Assembly (NCBI RefSeq): GCF_006345805.1
Contig: NC_043018.1
Coordinates: 11,904,001 to 11,968,000, forward strand
Direction of reading: 5' to 3'
DNA length: 64,000 nucleotides
Origin: Octopus sinensis
Taxonomy: Eukaryota
The notes below the pieces were generated by a model that saw nothing but the letters and a program-made list of their open reading frames with translations, was not told the origin of the DNA and made no database searches. The translations under genes and the position numbers were made by a program. Shown one piece after another: positions 26,955 to 41,900 of this stretch. Positions within the stretch are counted from its first letter, which is position 1. Every line of letters begins with the position of its first letter.

Positions 26955-29900
26955 TGTAATTATTTACCGAAGTCACAAATTGATTTGGTGTGATGTTCTT
27001 TCCTGGAAGCTTTACACTGTACAGTGTCTTTGAAAAAAAGGGTTCTGTACCATTGTTTACTGCTACAGTAATCTGTTTGGTATCAGAGAGATGTTTGTCA
27101 CTAACTGTCACATTAAAGGTAAACGGTTTGAGTAAGCTTTTTCTTGCTTCATAATCAAACTCCATCTTACTGTATAGATTACCAGTTGTAGAATTCAGGA
27201 AGAAATCTGCAAAACATAAATTAGTTGTTACTGTTAGTTTGAATTCAGGAGTGTTGGATTAGAAGAACCAAAAGAGAGGGAGATGAAATGCTTTGCAGTA
27301 TTTAGTTATGTCCCTTTATGCTCTAATTTCGAATCCTGTTCAGGTAAACTTAGCTTGTTATCCTCTCAAGGCAGGTAAAATAAAGTACTAATCAAACATT
27401 GGGATTGATGTTGTAGTGAGGCCATTTGGGAAGTCTTCAGCACGCATGCACAGAGTTGGATTTCTTCCGGTAGGCCGGAGGAAGTTCCCTCATGCGCATG
27501 CGCAGAGAACTACCAACAGCAAGATTTCCCGCTGGATCTCTTTTTTCGAAGCTGCAGCCAAATTGAATGGACACGTGTCCTCACGGTTCTCCCAAGCAAG
27601 CCAAACACGTGGAGAAGCCCTTCTACGCTGGAACGAGACAGAATTTGTCTCACACAAGTTAACTAATGTGACTAGTTCCATGGCCCATGGCTACCGGGTC
27701 GCCCTGAAGGAAATATATGTATATATACATTATAGCGTATCCAGAGAAATAAATATTATTTATTGCTGTTGAAGATACTCGATATGTGATAATGTTGTGC
27801 ATGTAGCAATAGTATATATTAATATTGAGATTGTATTGATAAAATATTAAATATATGGACTAGTTTTGAGAATGACCATATGATGTTTGCAAAACAAAAT
27901 GTTCAATATGAATTGTTTAGAGAAAATAAACATCTAAGTAAATGCATGTGTGTGTGTGAATTGGTTTGCAAATTATTGAAAAATTACACCATGGTTGTTA
28001 ATATCTAAATAAATGTCTGAAGTGATTTCAGAGAGGGAAGACAAATTTAAGACATTTTTGCAAAGGAAATTATATAAATGCAACAAAAAACAGTTAGGCA
28101 CAAGCAAAATGCTGAAAAATAATTGGCTTGGCTTGTCTTGATATTCTAGCTTGATGGGGCTGGGATCATTGCAGGTCAGTGGTCCCAAAACTTCATCATG
28201 CAAAGTGCTGACCAGGTCCACCAGTGATGGAGAGCCCTGGCAGTCTTGAGCCAGTCCCTCAGTATCCTCCAAGTTGATGTTGAGCCTCTGGAGAACTTCT
28301 CCAATCTTGTCCAACCATCCGATGCACGACCTGCCACACACACGTATTATTGTTCCGCATCAGTGAAATCAACTTATGCTGAAAAATAATGCAAATGTGA
28401 AATGTTTGCAGATAAGGTTTTTAAAATCCCATAAAATTTCCCTACAAAACTTGGATGTGAAACGTTTGCAGAAAAGGAAGAACATGCATGAAATGGATAA
28501 AGAAAAATTAACAACAAAAGTGAGTTTGTTTTGCCTTACTTGTATCGTTTAATTGGTAAATTAAGGCATCGTTGTCTGGATCGGTTGCAAATATGTGTCC
28601 AATTATCGAACGAGCAGGCAAATTTTTAGAGATAGTAAACTCAAGTGGCTCGTGAATGGTTGGTGCGTCATTAACATTGTTTATGGTAATCACAGCTGTT
28701 GCAGTTCTGTAAGTTGAAAAACAAAATGCTTTGGTTATAGTTTCAGCATATAACAGAGATGAGAGTAAGAAAAACAGTTCATAAATATAAATAGTTACAA
28801 GTAAGGTTGTATGCAATATTATATGAAGTTAATTAATAAATTTAGTGTGGCAGGCATGGCTGTGTGGAAAGAAGTTTGCTTCCCAACCACGTGGTTCCAG
28901 GTTCAGTCTCACTGCATGGCACATTGGGCAAGTGTCTTCTACTATAGCCTTGGACCAATCAAAGACTTGTGAGTGGATTTGGTAGACAGAAACTGTTCGT
29001 AGCAGCAAGTTGTTCTTATCTTCTGGTATCTATTTACAATTAGATGATTGAACCATTAATTGTTAAAGTGCTTTGAGTAGTTAAGTTTCTGGGACCCAAT
29101 GCAATGTTGTCGACAGATCGTGAGCCACTGACCACTCAGAGGCATCTATTCATTCTGCCATCCGACTTTTCTAATGGTTCTAATACATTAGCAGCAGAGA
29201 AGAATACAATAAACAGCTTTCCCACAATTACAATTGTTCTTAGACAATCTCATCTATAGAGATGAAAAATGCTTTAATATTGACATCTACCATTCAGTTT
29301 GATCTCTGATCCTCATCATCAGGTGTCTAATTCTTTAAAATATGTACTGAACAGTGGACAGAAAAGTGCTTCATACATATCATGGCCTTGTGGATAAAAG
29401 TATTACTTCTCTTAGTTTAAGAATAAAGGTTCCAATTTTGAATTTATTCAACTGTTATCCACTCAAAATGAACTCAAATCTAGACAGCAAATCTTGAGGA
29501 CAACGGACTGTCAGCATCATTAAAGTGGACAAAATGTTTTATGATATTTGGTTACAGCCCTCTGTGTTCTAAGCTCAAATCCTGCCAAGAGCGAATTTTT
29601 GTTTCATCCTTTTGCAGTGTTCTGAGTCATCTAATACAATTTAATTAACTTCTAGGTTCGTTTACAGGAATATAATTTGAAACATATTGTAGACATAAAT
29701 ATTAATGTATTTTTCATTCTTAGAGATGAAGTTAATTAGCCTCAGATATTCAACATTTGAAACAAGCAGCTTTACCTCTTTTCATTCTTATTTCTGGCTT
29801 CAATTGGGAAGACATATGAAGTCTTACTATTGTGATGTAATGCATAATGTAGTGTCAGATGTCCAGTTGAGTTTATCCTGAAAGGTAACTGCAAAAAAAA

Positions 29901-32900
29901 AGAAAAGAAAGAAAAATAGAAAAGAAAAGATGAAATAGACTTAAGCAAATATATCGTTATATATTTAACCACTTTTGTAAGTTTAATATCTCAATAATTC
30001 TAATAAAAATTTTTAAGATAGGCACAAAGCCAAAAATGTTTGATGGAAGAGCTCTGAAGATTAAATTAAATCTAACCTCCTGTACTTGTATTTCATTTTA
30101 TCAACTCAAAGAAGAAAGGTAAAGTTGATCTCAATAAGTTTTGAACTCAGAATGTAAAGAGGTGAAACTATATTTAATTAGTTGCTATGATAATATATGG
30201 TTGTACAAGGTCTGGTCAAAAAGTATCAGAACTGTTGCCATGGTAACAAAGCTAAAGTATGCAGAGTGAAGATGCTTGGCACTGATTGACCTTGAACTCT
30301 GTCATACATTCACAGTAAGTTTTAATGTTCTCACTCAGTGATTGGAAGTAAAGTGTGTAGAGTGTGGTCATCTCCCCACACCACAGAGGTGACCATCAGT
30401 GACCATGGCAGAGAAAATGCGTGTGTGTGTTCATGTGGGGGTGTGCATGAAAAGAGATATGGCTTGGAGGTTGTTACGGTCAAGAAGCTTTCCAAAAAGG
30501 AACGAGATTTCAAAATGTCGAGGAAATTCAAGAGAATGTGATGGGGCAGCTGTTTGCTATCCCCAAAATGAGTTCCAGGAATGCTTGCATCAACAGAAAT
30601 GATGCTGGATAAAGTGTGTGGCTTTAGAAGGGGACTACTTCAAAGGAGGTAAAATGCTGTAGTTTTCTCTTTATAACATCAGTCCCAATACTTTTTGATC
30701 AGATCTCATATCATCATCATCATCATTTAACGTCCGTTTTTCCATGCTAGCACAGGTTGGACGGTTCAACCGGGGTCTGGGAAGCCAGGAGGCTGCACCA
30801 GGCTCCAGTCTGATCTGGCAGTGTCTCTACAGCTGGATGCCCTTCCTTACGCCAACCACTCCATGAGTGTATTGGGTGCTTTTTACGTTCCACTGGCACA
30901 GGTGCCAGGGGAGACTGGCAGCGACCACGATCGGTTGGTACTTTTTACATGCCACTGGCACAGAAGCCAGTCAAGGCGGTGCTGGCATCGGCCACATTCG
31001 GATGGTGCTTTTTACGTGCCACTGGCACAGGGATCACAACTGCAATTTCCATTTGATATTTAGTTTGATGTTGATGTACTTGACTCAATAGGTCTCCTCA
31101 AGCACCAGTGCCTTCATTGACTGCATTACTTACTTCAGTGTAGCATCTATTTTGCTGTTACCTATTTATTAAACTGCTAAGTCATGGAATACTTAATAAG
31201 CAAATTTGCTTTTCAAACTGATATAAACATGGATACGAACAAACACACACATGCCAATGCGATAGGCTTCTGCACAGTTTCCATCTTGATGGCAGTGCTT
31301 CAGCATGGCTACATAGTAAAGAGTGATGCTGGCAACAGAGGTGATGTGATGATGTCATTGATAGTGATGGTGGCGATAGCAATAGTATTGCAGGTGGTGG
31401 TGGATATTGGAGTAAACGTGGTAGGGTGGGGTGGTAGGGTAGGGTAGTTATGATGGAGATGATGCTAGAAGTAATAATAATAGAATAGTAGTGATTATGA
31501 CTGTATTGTCGATGACAAGTTGGTGGGAGCAGCAGTTGTGGTGGTAGTTGTGGTGATGATGATGATGATGATGATTAAGGGACAGGGGTGTAACAAAGAA
31601 AGAAAGTCAAAGGCATTTTACCTTTGTATCATCAATAGAATATTGTGCACCTTTCGTAGCCTTCACTTCGAAAATTACAGTATTTGGAGGTAAATCTTCA
31701 TTAATATTTGCAACATAGGTATCTGGAAAAAAGAAGAAGAAAAAGATGAAGGATAAAATGGAACAAACATGTAAGGGGGGGGTGAAAGTTTAGTGTGTGT
31801 AGTTTGTGGAAATATAAACTGCACATGAGGAGGAGGAGGGGGGAGGGGACAGGGAGGGAGGAAGGAGGAGGAGGGGACGGGGACGGGGAGGAAGAAGGAG
31901 GAGGGGATGGGAGGAGGAAAAGAAGGAATATGAGGATGGGGAAGGAGGGGAGGAAAAGAAGAAAGGGGAGGAGGAGGAGGAGGAAGAAGAAGAAGAAGAA
32001 AAAGAAGAAGGAGAAATTTAAAGACAATACAATAGAATATGAATATTTTTTTTTGTGGATAAAGGGATGTGAAGAGGTGAATATTGAAGTGAACTACTGT
32101 TGGTGCATTGCTAGTATTGTTTAAACTACTGAAATAAGACGGGGTGGGGGTAGGGGGAAGCCAAAGCTGACAGGGTTTGATCTTGGAACATCATATTTGT
32201 TCCTATAGATTAGAGCAGTAAATAATTACAACTCAACAATTTGTCGTCGTTAGAAGTATCCAATAATAGGTGATCAGAGGCAGCCTTACATGGTCACTCA
32301 ACCTGCAAGAAATAGCAGCCAAATTTCTCTTGATTTGCACTCAACCACCTTTACAAAGATGTTGGATAATGTAGGAAAAAGATGAAGTGGCCATGGTTGG
32401 AATACCTTTGATCACCAAGGACTAAACAATAACAACATCAATATTATTAGCTTTAGAGTACTAGAAAATGAGTGTTGTTACGTTGATGCTTTCCTTGAGG
32501 GCAAGCAGTAAATGAAGCAGATGTGATCAGGAAGTGAACCCATGGCACTGACTTGATTCTCTGGAAGTTTGTCCGAGTAGAAAGAGAGGAGGTAGCTATG
32601 ATTCCTTTCATGGACTCTGAGAATGGCAAGAATAAGTGGAGAAGTTAGCCACAGACTTGAAACTTGACCGAAATACTTGCAACAACAGAGTGGACTCCAC
32701 CAAAGACCCCTAGAATGTGGTGTTAAACTGGGTGCGACAGATCAAGTCTAATCCCATCTTAAGAATTGTAACGCAGTTTCTATCTTCCACACAATTTCTA
32801 TCTACCGAGTTTCACTTGGGTTAGCTTGAGACTAAGACAGAAGATGGTTGCTCAAAGTTCCACACTGGGATTGAACCAAAAACCACACGTCTGTGCAGTG

Positions 32901-35900
32901 AAATTCTTAACTGCATAGCCATGCCTGCTCCTATACTATGGTGCTTGCCATTGATATATGTAGTACAAGGATACTTTAATATTATGAGGTGGTATCAAAA
33001 TGTTCCCGGACTATTTCTGTAGCATGCCAACAGATGGCAGCACATACTTGTGTGTACAGTGAGAATTTTGAAAACAATTCCCTGTTGTTTTAGAAGGCTT
33101 TTGAATTTCCATAAGGATTTGATACTCTTTCTTCCTGTTCCGTTCCCCAATGATAATAATTCTTGACAAACACAGTCATTGTACTCACCATTCTCAAACT
33201 GCAATGGGATGTCATCTTCATCCACGGTAACAACAGCCAAGTTTACAAAATTCTGATTAGACCCAACGCCAACATTGTCTACAATATTTTCAGCCACCAC
33301 CTTGAAGTTAAATACCAAAAACATAATACCATCAGAACATCATGAACAACATTTAACAATTGGGCGGGAGGATCATAGTAAAATTCTAAGTACAAGACAC
33401 ACTTTCTTTCACCAAAATTAAGGGAGCATTTTTACGTATTTCATTCAGAAGAAAACAATAATGTGATGAAGCTTTTTTTTTTATTTTTTACATTATTATT
33501 ATTCTTTATTAAAAATTTAATTTATATAAAATGAAATATTAAAACCTAATACATTGAATTACTGTAGATTATCACCTTTTGTTTGTATATTTTTGAGCAC
33601 TTTAATATTACAGTCCAGAACATGTGGCATGATGTCTATCATCCTAAGCAAACCTTCTTATATTAACTCACTGTACGCTGGGGAACTTCTCGCCCAACCT
33701 CCTTCCTGCTCCTATCTTCCTTTTCACTGTAAAAAAAAGTCCCACATTTAGGACTTTGGTTCATTCAGCCATACGTTTACTTACAACAGCAGTAATTTTA
33801 TTCAGCTGAATACACGTCATTGATTGGTTGAAATTACCGAAATACGAGAACTTTAAGGTGAAATTACTTTGTAAATATAAGTTTTTCTCAAAAATGCTAA
33901 GAGTAAAAGATGTTTTATATGACACATTCTACCAGTGTCTGAAGTTTGAAAGTGTTTAGTTGCAAAAAATTATTTTTTCAATCTGTCTGTCAAAAGGTCA
34001 AGATCCAAACCATTTTCCATCCTTGTATTACTCCATGAATGCCATTCAAGGAGGATTCCAATTCACTGGAGGTTTGATCAAACAGAGAAATGACTAAAGT
34101 GGCCCAAATAGAGCCCAGTTTAATTAGTCTAGTTAATCCAGTCTGATGTTGTTCAGTGTAGTTAGGCCAGTCTCATCAAGTTAAGCTTATTTAATTCTGT
34201 CTGATCAAGTTTAGTTAATCTAGTCTGGTCCACTTTAGTTAACCTAGATCTGTTCAGTTAATTTAATCCGTTCCAGTTCCAGTCTGGTCAAGTTTAGTTA
34301 ATTTAGTCCAATCTAGTTTAGTTAATCTGGTTTACTTCAGTTAATCCAGTTTGATCTCACCCACTTTTAATTCAGCCCAAACTAGTCTAGTTTAATTATA
34401 CTAGTCCAGTCAACTCAATACCTATTTGAACTGAAGCAATGTACAATAAAGTCTTCCACCCCAGAGTTATAACAAAATGCTTAATAAACTGCCAGATTTG
34501 AATCCATGTTCTGTGAGGTCATAACCTAAGAGTTTATCCACTTGATCATCTTGTTGTTAGATCTTTGTCTAAAACATTACTCATTGGACAATCTGAATTC
34601 ACACCATAGGCTAAGGGGAGCACACATTAACTTTATTATGTTTCCACTGCACAAAGTTGTGAAAGTGAACTAAGCATTAACCATTACATGGCGATCATTT
34701 AAAACTTGAGTAAGCAAAAGCTAAGAAAGCTCTCATCAAGTATAAGATGCTCCCACTGCTAACAGAGATGAACAGGGATGTGCTATTCTATGACATCTAT
34801 GTACAGATATAACCACTCGAAATGTCTAAGATGCACCTATAGTTGATAATGATGAACGAGACTATACCATTCTGTATATATTTACAGATCTGGTCACCAC
34901 AAACCAAGGGTGCACTCATCATTTTTATGATGCTTCCACTACTGATAGTATCTATCATTCTACAACCATTCTATAATGATAGATACAGATCCAGTCTCCA
35001 CAAACAAAAGGAGCACTCATCCATTTTGCTTGCTCCCACTGCTAATTCAGGAAAACTGGGCTGCATCATTTTATAATTTGTTTCTATTTACAATTCTTAG
35101 TTATCACAAGCTGAAACAGCATTCATTAAATTGAAAATGCTCCCACTGCACATGGTAATAAAAGAGAACTTTCCATGGAGCTTTATTTAATGCAGTTTTA
35201 GGAATTGAGTCATTTCACTGTTTGATAGATGGATGTCTTAACCATAAACACAAAACATGTGAATGAAAGACTTGAAGAACTGAACCTTGGTCAGCTGTGG
35301 AAGATAACGACTAAATAAACATTTAAATTGTCTAAAGTAATGGCTAGTAAAATATTGATCATCACAGCAGCATGTGAAAACCCAAAATAAAGACTTACTT
35401 TAAAAGTGATATTTCTGTCTTGGCTAGGATTATCATAATCCAGTGGTTTATTCAAATACAAGACACCTGTGAGAGGATCAATGCGGATCTTGTCCATGTT
35501 GGGATTTTGGTCCTTGATAGAAAACCTGGTTAAACGGTTGATATCAGCGATATCTTTGTCTTTTACAGAGACCCTACAATACAATAGAGAAAAAAATGGC
35601 ACTGATAAGAGATCAAATTAACCAATGTTCAGTATTTAATGTTTAATATCTTCTAGTGCATTATGGAAATTGTGGATTGTTATTGGTTTCAAGTCAGATT
35701 CTAAAGAACCAGAACTAAAATACTACCATATATATATTGTTATTACGCTGCTCACCATGTCTGAAACACCACCACCTTTGATATGCTGCTGCCACCACCA
35801 CCAGTGCCACTGTTAATAATTTTTTCTACAATAGGCACAAGGCCTGAAATTTTAGGGAAGGGGGGGAACAGTTGATTACATCGACCCCAGTGTATCACTG

Positions 35901-38900
35901 GTACTTATTTCATCAACCCCAAAACAACAAAAGTCAAAGACATCTTTGGTGAAATCTGAATTCTGAATGCAAAGATGGAAGAAATACGGCTAAGCATTTT
36001 GTCCAGCACACTAAGGATTCTGCCAGATCACCCCCTTTCTTTTTATTCTGCTGCTGCTGCTGCTGCCAATGCTGATTACGATGATGATGATGATAATAAT
36101 AATAATAACTCACAGAACAGAGACTATGTGATAAAGCTAGAGCAATATGAAAAAATTGTTGGTTCATAGAAGCAGAGCCCGAAGCTATCAAAAGATGGGT
36201 CTTGGAAAATAGCAGCAGAGATAACAATGAAAATACAGTTCTTACAAATAGAAGTAATCTCATAGCACAGGAAAAGAGCAGTGGTAGTTTACTTGATGAG
36301 GGACATATATATGTCTCTCATATAGACATATAAGAGACATATAGATCTAAAAGAAGACAATAAAACTAATGGCAACATGACAGATGAACAAAAGGCAATC
36401 TATGACAGAATGAAGGCAAGACTACAGGAGAAGGATAGCAACATTATTTGCAACCTTAAAAAGGTTGATCGGTGGAAACTGAACCAAGAAACGAAAAATG
36501 TCAATGAAATCCTGAAATACATCAGAACAAACATCACAGAAACAAATAATTTGATCAAAGCAGCAAGTATTGTTGTAGCAGAAAATGTGGGTCTTGATGT
36601 CATGAAAAAGAAATATAATGGGAGGGACAAAAGAAAAGATCCATGGTGGAAAAGAAGAATAGAGGCAGGGTTAGATATGCTCTTGAAGGAAATCTCTGTG
36701 TTAGATTGAAAAGAGAAAGGGGAGCTAAAAAGCAAACAAGAATACAGGGCGCTGAAAAGGAAGTATAATATTGAAAGAAAGGGCCTGAAAGTGGTAATGG
36801 AGGAACTGAAACAGTGCCTTGTTACAAAGAAAGCAAAGATGGTAAGATACAACCAAAGAATGAAGGGTTACCACTAGAATAGGTTATTCAGAGTAGATCA
36901 GAAGAGATTCTATAAAGAAATAAATGGATACCAGATAAAAATGAAAGTCAAAGGTTTTGGAGTGACAACTGGAGCAAAGACAAGGAGCACAAGAAGGATG
37001 CTGAATGGTTGTAAGAACTGAAAAAAACAGTAGTCTGTCCAAAACAGGCAGAACTAGTCATTTCAGTTAGGGGAGTGAAGGAAATCAGCAAAAAGTGAGC
37101 AACTGGAAAGTCCTGGGACCAGATGGAGTTCAAGGCTACTGGATCAAAGGATTTGGTGAATGTCATGCATGAATAGCTGCACAATTCAACATCAACCAAG
37201 TAACACCAGAGTGGTTGACATTGGGTAGGACAGTGCCGTGCCTGAAAAACATTGAAAAAGGCAATACGGTAGACAATTACAGGTTGATATCCTGTTTGCC
37301 ACTTACATGGAAGTTATTGATTGGAATACTTGCAGAGTCAATGTACAAACATCTGGGAAAAAAATGGAGTCCTGCTACATGAGCAGAAGGGTTGCAAGCT
37401 TAAGTGCAGAGGTACCAAGGATCAACTCCTGACAGACAAAACTGTACTTAGACTCTACAAGAGGAGGAAAAGTAACTTAGCCATGTCATGGATCGACTAT
37501 TGTAAGGCACATATGATCCCACACTCTTGGATTATGGAGTGTATGAACGTATTTGGTATTGCATCGAATGTTGAGCAATTGCTTGGAAAAATCATGGCGA
37601 ATTGAAGGAAGGACCTGACAGCATATGGAAGAAGTTTAGGGACAGTAGAAATTAGGAGGGACATTTTCCAGGGGGACTGCCTGTCACCACTGATCTTTGT
37701 ACTGTGCTTGATACCACTAACACTGATTCTGAGGAAAGCAAAAGCTGGGTATGTATTCAAAATCCGCCAACAAAGAGTCAACCATTTGTGTCTCATGGAT
37801 GACCTCAAACTTTATGGTAAGGATGAAGCCCAAGTCAGTTCCCTCGCTGATACGGTGTATACTTTCAGTGCTGATATCAGAATGGAGTTCAGACTGAGAA
37901 AGTGTGGTGTGTTAGTCTTGAAGAGAGGCAAAATCAAATGTATGGATGGACTAATGATACGGTCGGGGGAGGTTATGAAGCAGATAAAAGAGACAGGCTA
38001 TAAGTACTTGGGGATTTTGGAAATGGATAAACTGATGGAGAAAGAAATGACAGAAAAATTTAAGGTGGAGTACTTGTGCGGACTGAGACTGATCCTTAAG
38101 TTGAAATTAAACGGACGGAATAAGATTGAAGCTATCAACACCTGGGTGGTTTCACTCCTTAGATATGGAGCAGTAGTAATCACATGGACAGTAGACAAAC
38201 TAAACATCTTAGACAGAAAGACAAAGAAGTTACTAACTAGATATGGGACATTCCACCCAAAAAGTGACACAGATAGACTGTATGTACCAAGAAAAAGAGG
38301 GGGAAGAGGACTTATTGGATGCGAACACAGCACTAGAGCAGAAGAAAACAACATAGCATAGTATGTAAAAAATGCTACAGAACCACTGTTATTGGGTGTA
38401 AGAAGGTCAGGCTTGTGTAGGATGAAAGATTGCAAAGATAAAGCACTGTACAAGTAATTGAAAACAAATGAAACTGAAAACAGGTGGGTAAAGAAAAGAA
38501 TGTGTGGACAATTTCATAGGGATGTTAAAGATAAGACAGACGGAGAAAAAAGATGGCTGTGGATGACTAAAAGTGATTTAAAACCGGAAACAGAAGCTCT
38601 AATCTGTGCTGTCCAAGAGCACACGAATATATGTGTGTTGATATTAATGAACAGGAGAAAATAATATTCAATACCAAATGAGAGTATAATAACTTATTTT
38701 GGTTTGCTCAGCACACACACACACGCATGATTCTCAAGATAAAATAAAATGGGAACTAGCTATTTTAAGAGTAGTAGAGATGCTCTTCCTGCTCCACACC
38801 ACTTCAAATATATAAATAAAGATATCATGAGGCAAAAAAAAAATGTAATGCCATACCTGTACAAAGAAGACCCAACAGGTGTACTTTCATCTACACTTAA

Positions 38901-41900
38901 AGAACTTGGAACAGTCTCAAATTCTGGAATGTGGTTATTAATATCCTATTAAGAAAAACATTGTTGTTATAGTTTACAAGTTAATTTCAACAATGCATTT
39001 TAAAGTAATATTAAGTCATATTATTTGCTTTAAATATTATTTTTAATTATTATAAATTATAATATTGACCATTATATTTATTTTATATAGTAAGAGATGA
39101 TTAATAGCTCCACTGCTAACAGGAATTCCAAGAAGCCAATCACAGTTTCACTGTGTATCTCACGGTTAGGCTAATAACAGAGTGTCTATGGAACACAGGG
39201 CAGGACAGCTATGACAAGCGATTAAAAATAGTCGTAACATCACTTCCTATGGAACAGTCATGTTTTAGTGACGAAGAACATTACTTCTCGGTAGAGTTAC
39301 TACTTTCATCTCTTATAGAAATTGTCTAGCTGGCTAATTTGCTTGTTACAAGATGGGCAAGGCTGGCAGCGGGAATACCACGTTGGTGTTCTATAGAGGG
39401 CTAGTAGAGGCAAAAAATGATGACGTCCTTGGAGGGGCTCTGGGGTTCAATGAGAACCAACTTGCCAACCTGTTAAAAAACAACTTTCAGGCCGGAGTAC
39501 TTGGACAACTTCCAAAAATCCCTGACCTGGCAGTGCTACAGGGATGCATTACCTGTTCACGATAAGTCATGCAGGCACAGTTTGTCAGTGCCACCGATTT
39601 GTCCAAGATGTGGGCTGGACGGTGAAACCGTTCAGCATGCTTTTGTACAATGTCGGGAACTATCTAGCTTGATAAGTTACGTTGAACACGTGTTGTCGCA
39701 TCTGGAACAAGTACAGCTGTCGGCTGGATCTATAATAAAGATCATACCACCAACTGGACCCTCAAAGGAAGGTAAGGCTTGTTTTTACTGTACAGTTGCA
39801 GTACTGAAAGAGTGTGTTTGGAGGACTAGAATGGAAGGTTTTGTGACAGAGTCCTTTGTCTCTGGCCCCGGTTTGCTATCCTACCTCAGATACCATCTGA
39901 AGAGCAAGATGGGGTTGGAGAGGAAGACCCTGCCACCGAGTGAATACGAGAAACGATGGAAGGATGTGATGAGAAAGGTGGGTGTCAGTAACCCAGCTTA
40001 ATCATCGATGAAAGGAAAAACTGGTTGCTGGGACTTATAGGCTGTGGGGTTCAATCTTTTTGAACCTTCTATTCTTTTCCCTTTTTGTTATTATGTGTTG
40101 TTTGATTTCTGGTTTAAGAAAACAAAAATGTTCTCGTGCAAAGGCAAAAGTAGGCCAAAATATTTCTGTTAAATTATATCATAATTATATTTAAAAAAGA
40201 AAAAGTCTCATTCGAACTCTCATAGCATTTTTGTATATTGTTTGTCCTGTATTGTTTCATTCTATGTTTGAATTACAAAAACCGATTCCAGGTGAGAATG
40301 CGAACGATAAAGCCATGGGAACGTGCATTTGTACGTGCAAGTACATCAGCTGTTGTGATGTACTTACTGGTACTTTAAACTCTTCGGTTGCATATTTGTG
40401 TGAATAAAATCGTTTTTCTTTGGAATAGAAAAAAGTCTATCGTTATTTCTTCTTTTGCTGGTGTCCCAAATTTAGGTTAAATCAGTGTTTCTCAAAGGAG
40501 AGGCCTATGGGACGGTTGGACAAGTTGTTTTGAGAAAATTTGGTTTAAATGTTTGACAACTCAGCACCGTCCATTGGACGGGGGGCGTTTTGCTCGTATA
40601 TATATATACCAATGACAAGTATCACCTTATTGCAATTTCGTGGACTGAACAGCTCTAAGTCTACCATAGACATGTCTTATGAATAGTGAGTGACAGGAGA
40701 GGCCCTCAAGTCCTTAAGTGAGCTGGTTTTGCAGCTACAGTAATGAGGGTATTATTATGGTCACTCTATTTGTTAGAAATAACAGCTAAATCTCCTTCAA
40801 AACACAAAAGATTGAAGATTATATTGGATAATATGTCCCTAGATACATTATGACTGATAAAAATGCCTTGGATTGCTACAGTTGAAATATGTTTGGCCTC
40901 AGGTCACCTAGATCAAGGATAACACGTGGTTAAACAATATCAATTCAAATAATGTAGATCTTACCTTAAAATATATTTCTACTTTCATGGTGCCAGTCAT
41001 ATTCATATTATTTTTGTTGGAAGCTGTGATAACAAGACTTATTCTTCTTTCCAGAAAGGTTTCATTTTTGCAGGAAGAATTCTTCAGATACAGAGAGCCA
41101 TTGCTTATTACAAAATGGGGATCGTTTGTAGAATAGACATTGGCTTGGTTCTCTGGGGAAATATCATCATCAGTTGCCTGAACAAAAAAAAAATGCCAAA
41201 CAGGAAAGTGAAAGAGCAGTCATTATTACATTTTGTAAAGATATGAAATAAATTTTCTAGACATGCAAAAGGACCTCGACCCTGATTTTGGAGTAAAAAA
41301 AGTTGTTGAGAAGTCGATGCTGTTTTACATTAAATATGACATTAGTGAATCTGTTTGACTGATTGATCTAAAAAATTCCAGTCTGATAATTCATAATTTA
41401 TTGGTTCACAAGTAAGTATAAATAATTTTATCTCAATAAGTAACTATACAAAAATGATTGTGAAAACTTTAAGAAGTGATATCAAAAAGTTCTCTAATTA
41501 CCTATTTGAAATAGTCACCTTGCACAGCAATATACCATTCCTAGCGTTCCTGTCGCTTTTGGAATCCAGCCTGGAAGTTGTTTTCTGTAAGTAGGTTGAG
41601 GACCTTCTGTGATTTGCTCTGGACCTCAACAACAGTGTTAAAATGGCACCCTTTGAGCTGCATTTTCATTTTGGGGGAGAGAGGGAAGTCTGCCGGTGGT
41701 ACATCTGGTGAATAGGTGGGGTGTGGAAGCGATACCATGTTGTTTTTGGTGTGAAACCCACAAGACAAATGAGGAGATCTTAGTGCCAAGGTGTGTTGTC
41801 ATCGTGAAGAATCCAATTCTTCACACTCCACAGATTCAGTTGCTTCGGTCCAATGTCCTCTCTCAAACACTTCAAAACGTCACAGCAGAACTTTTGATTG

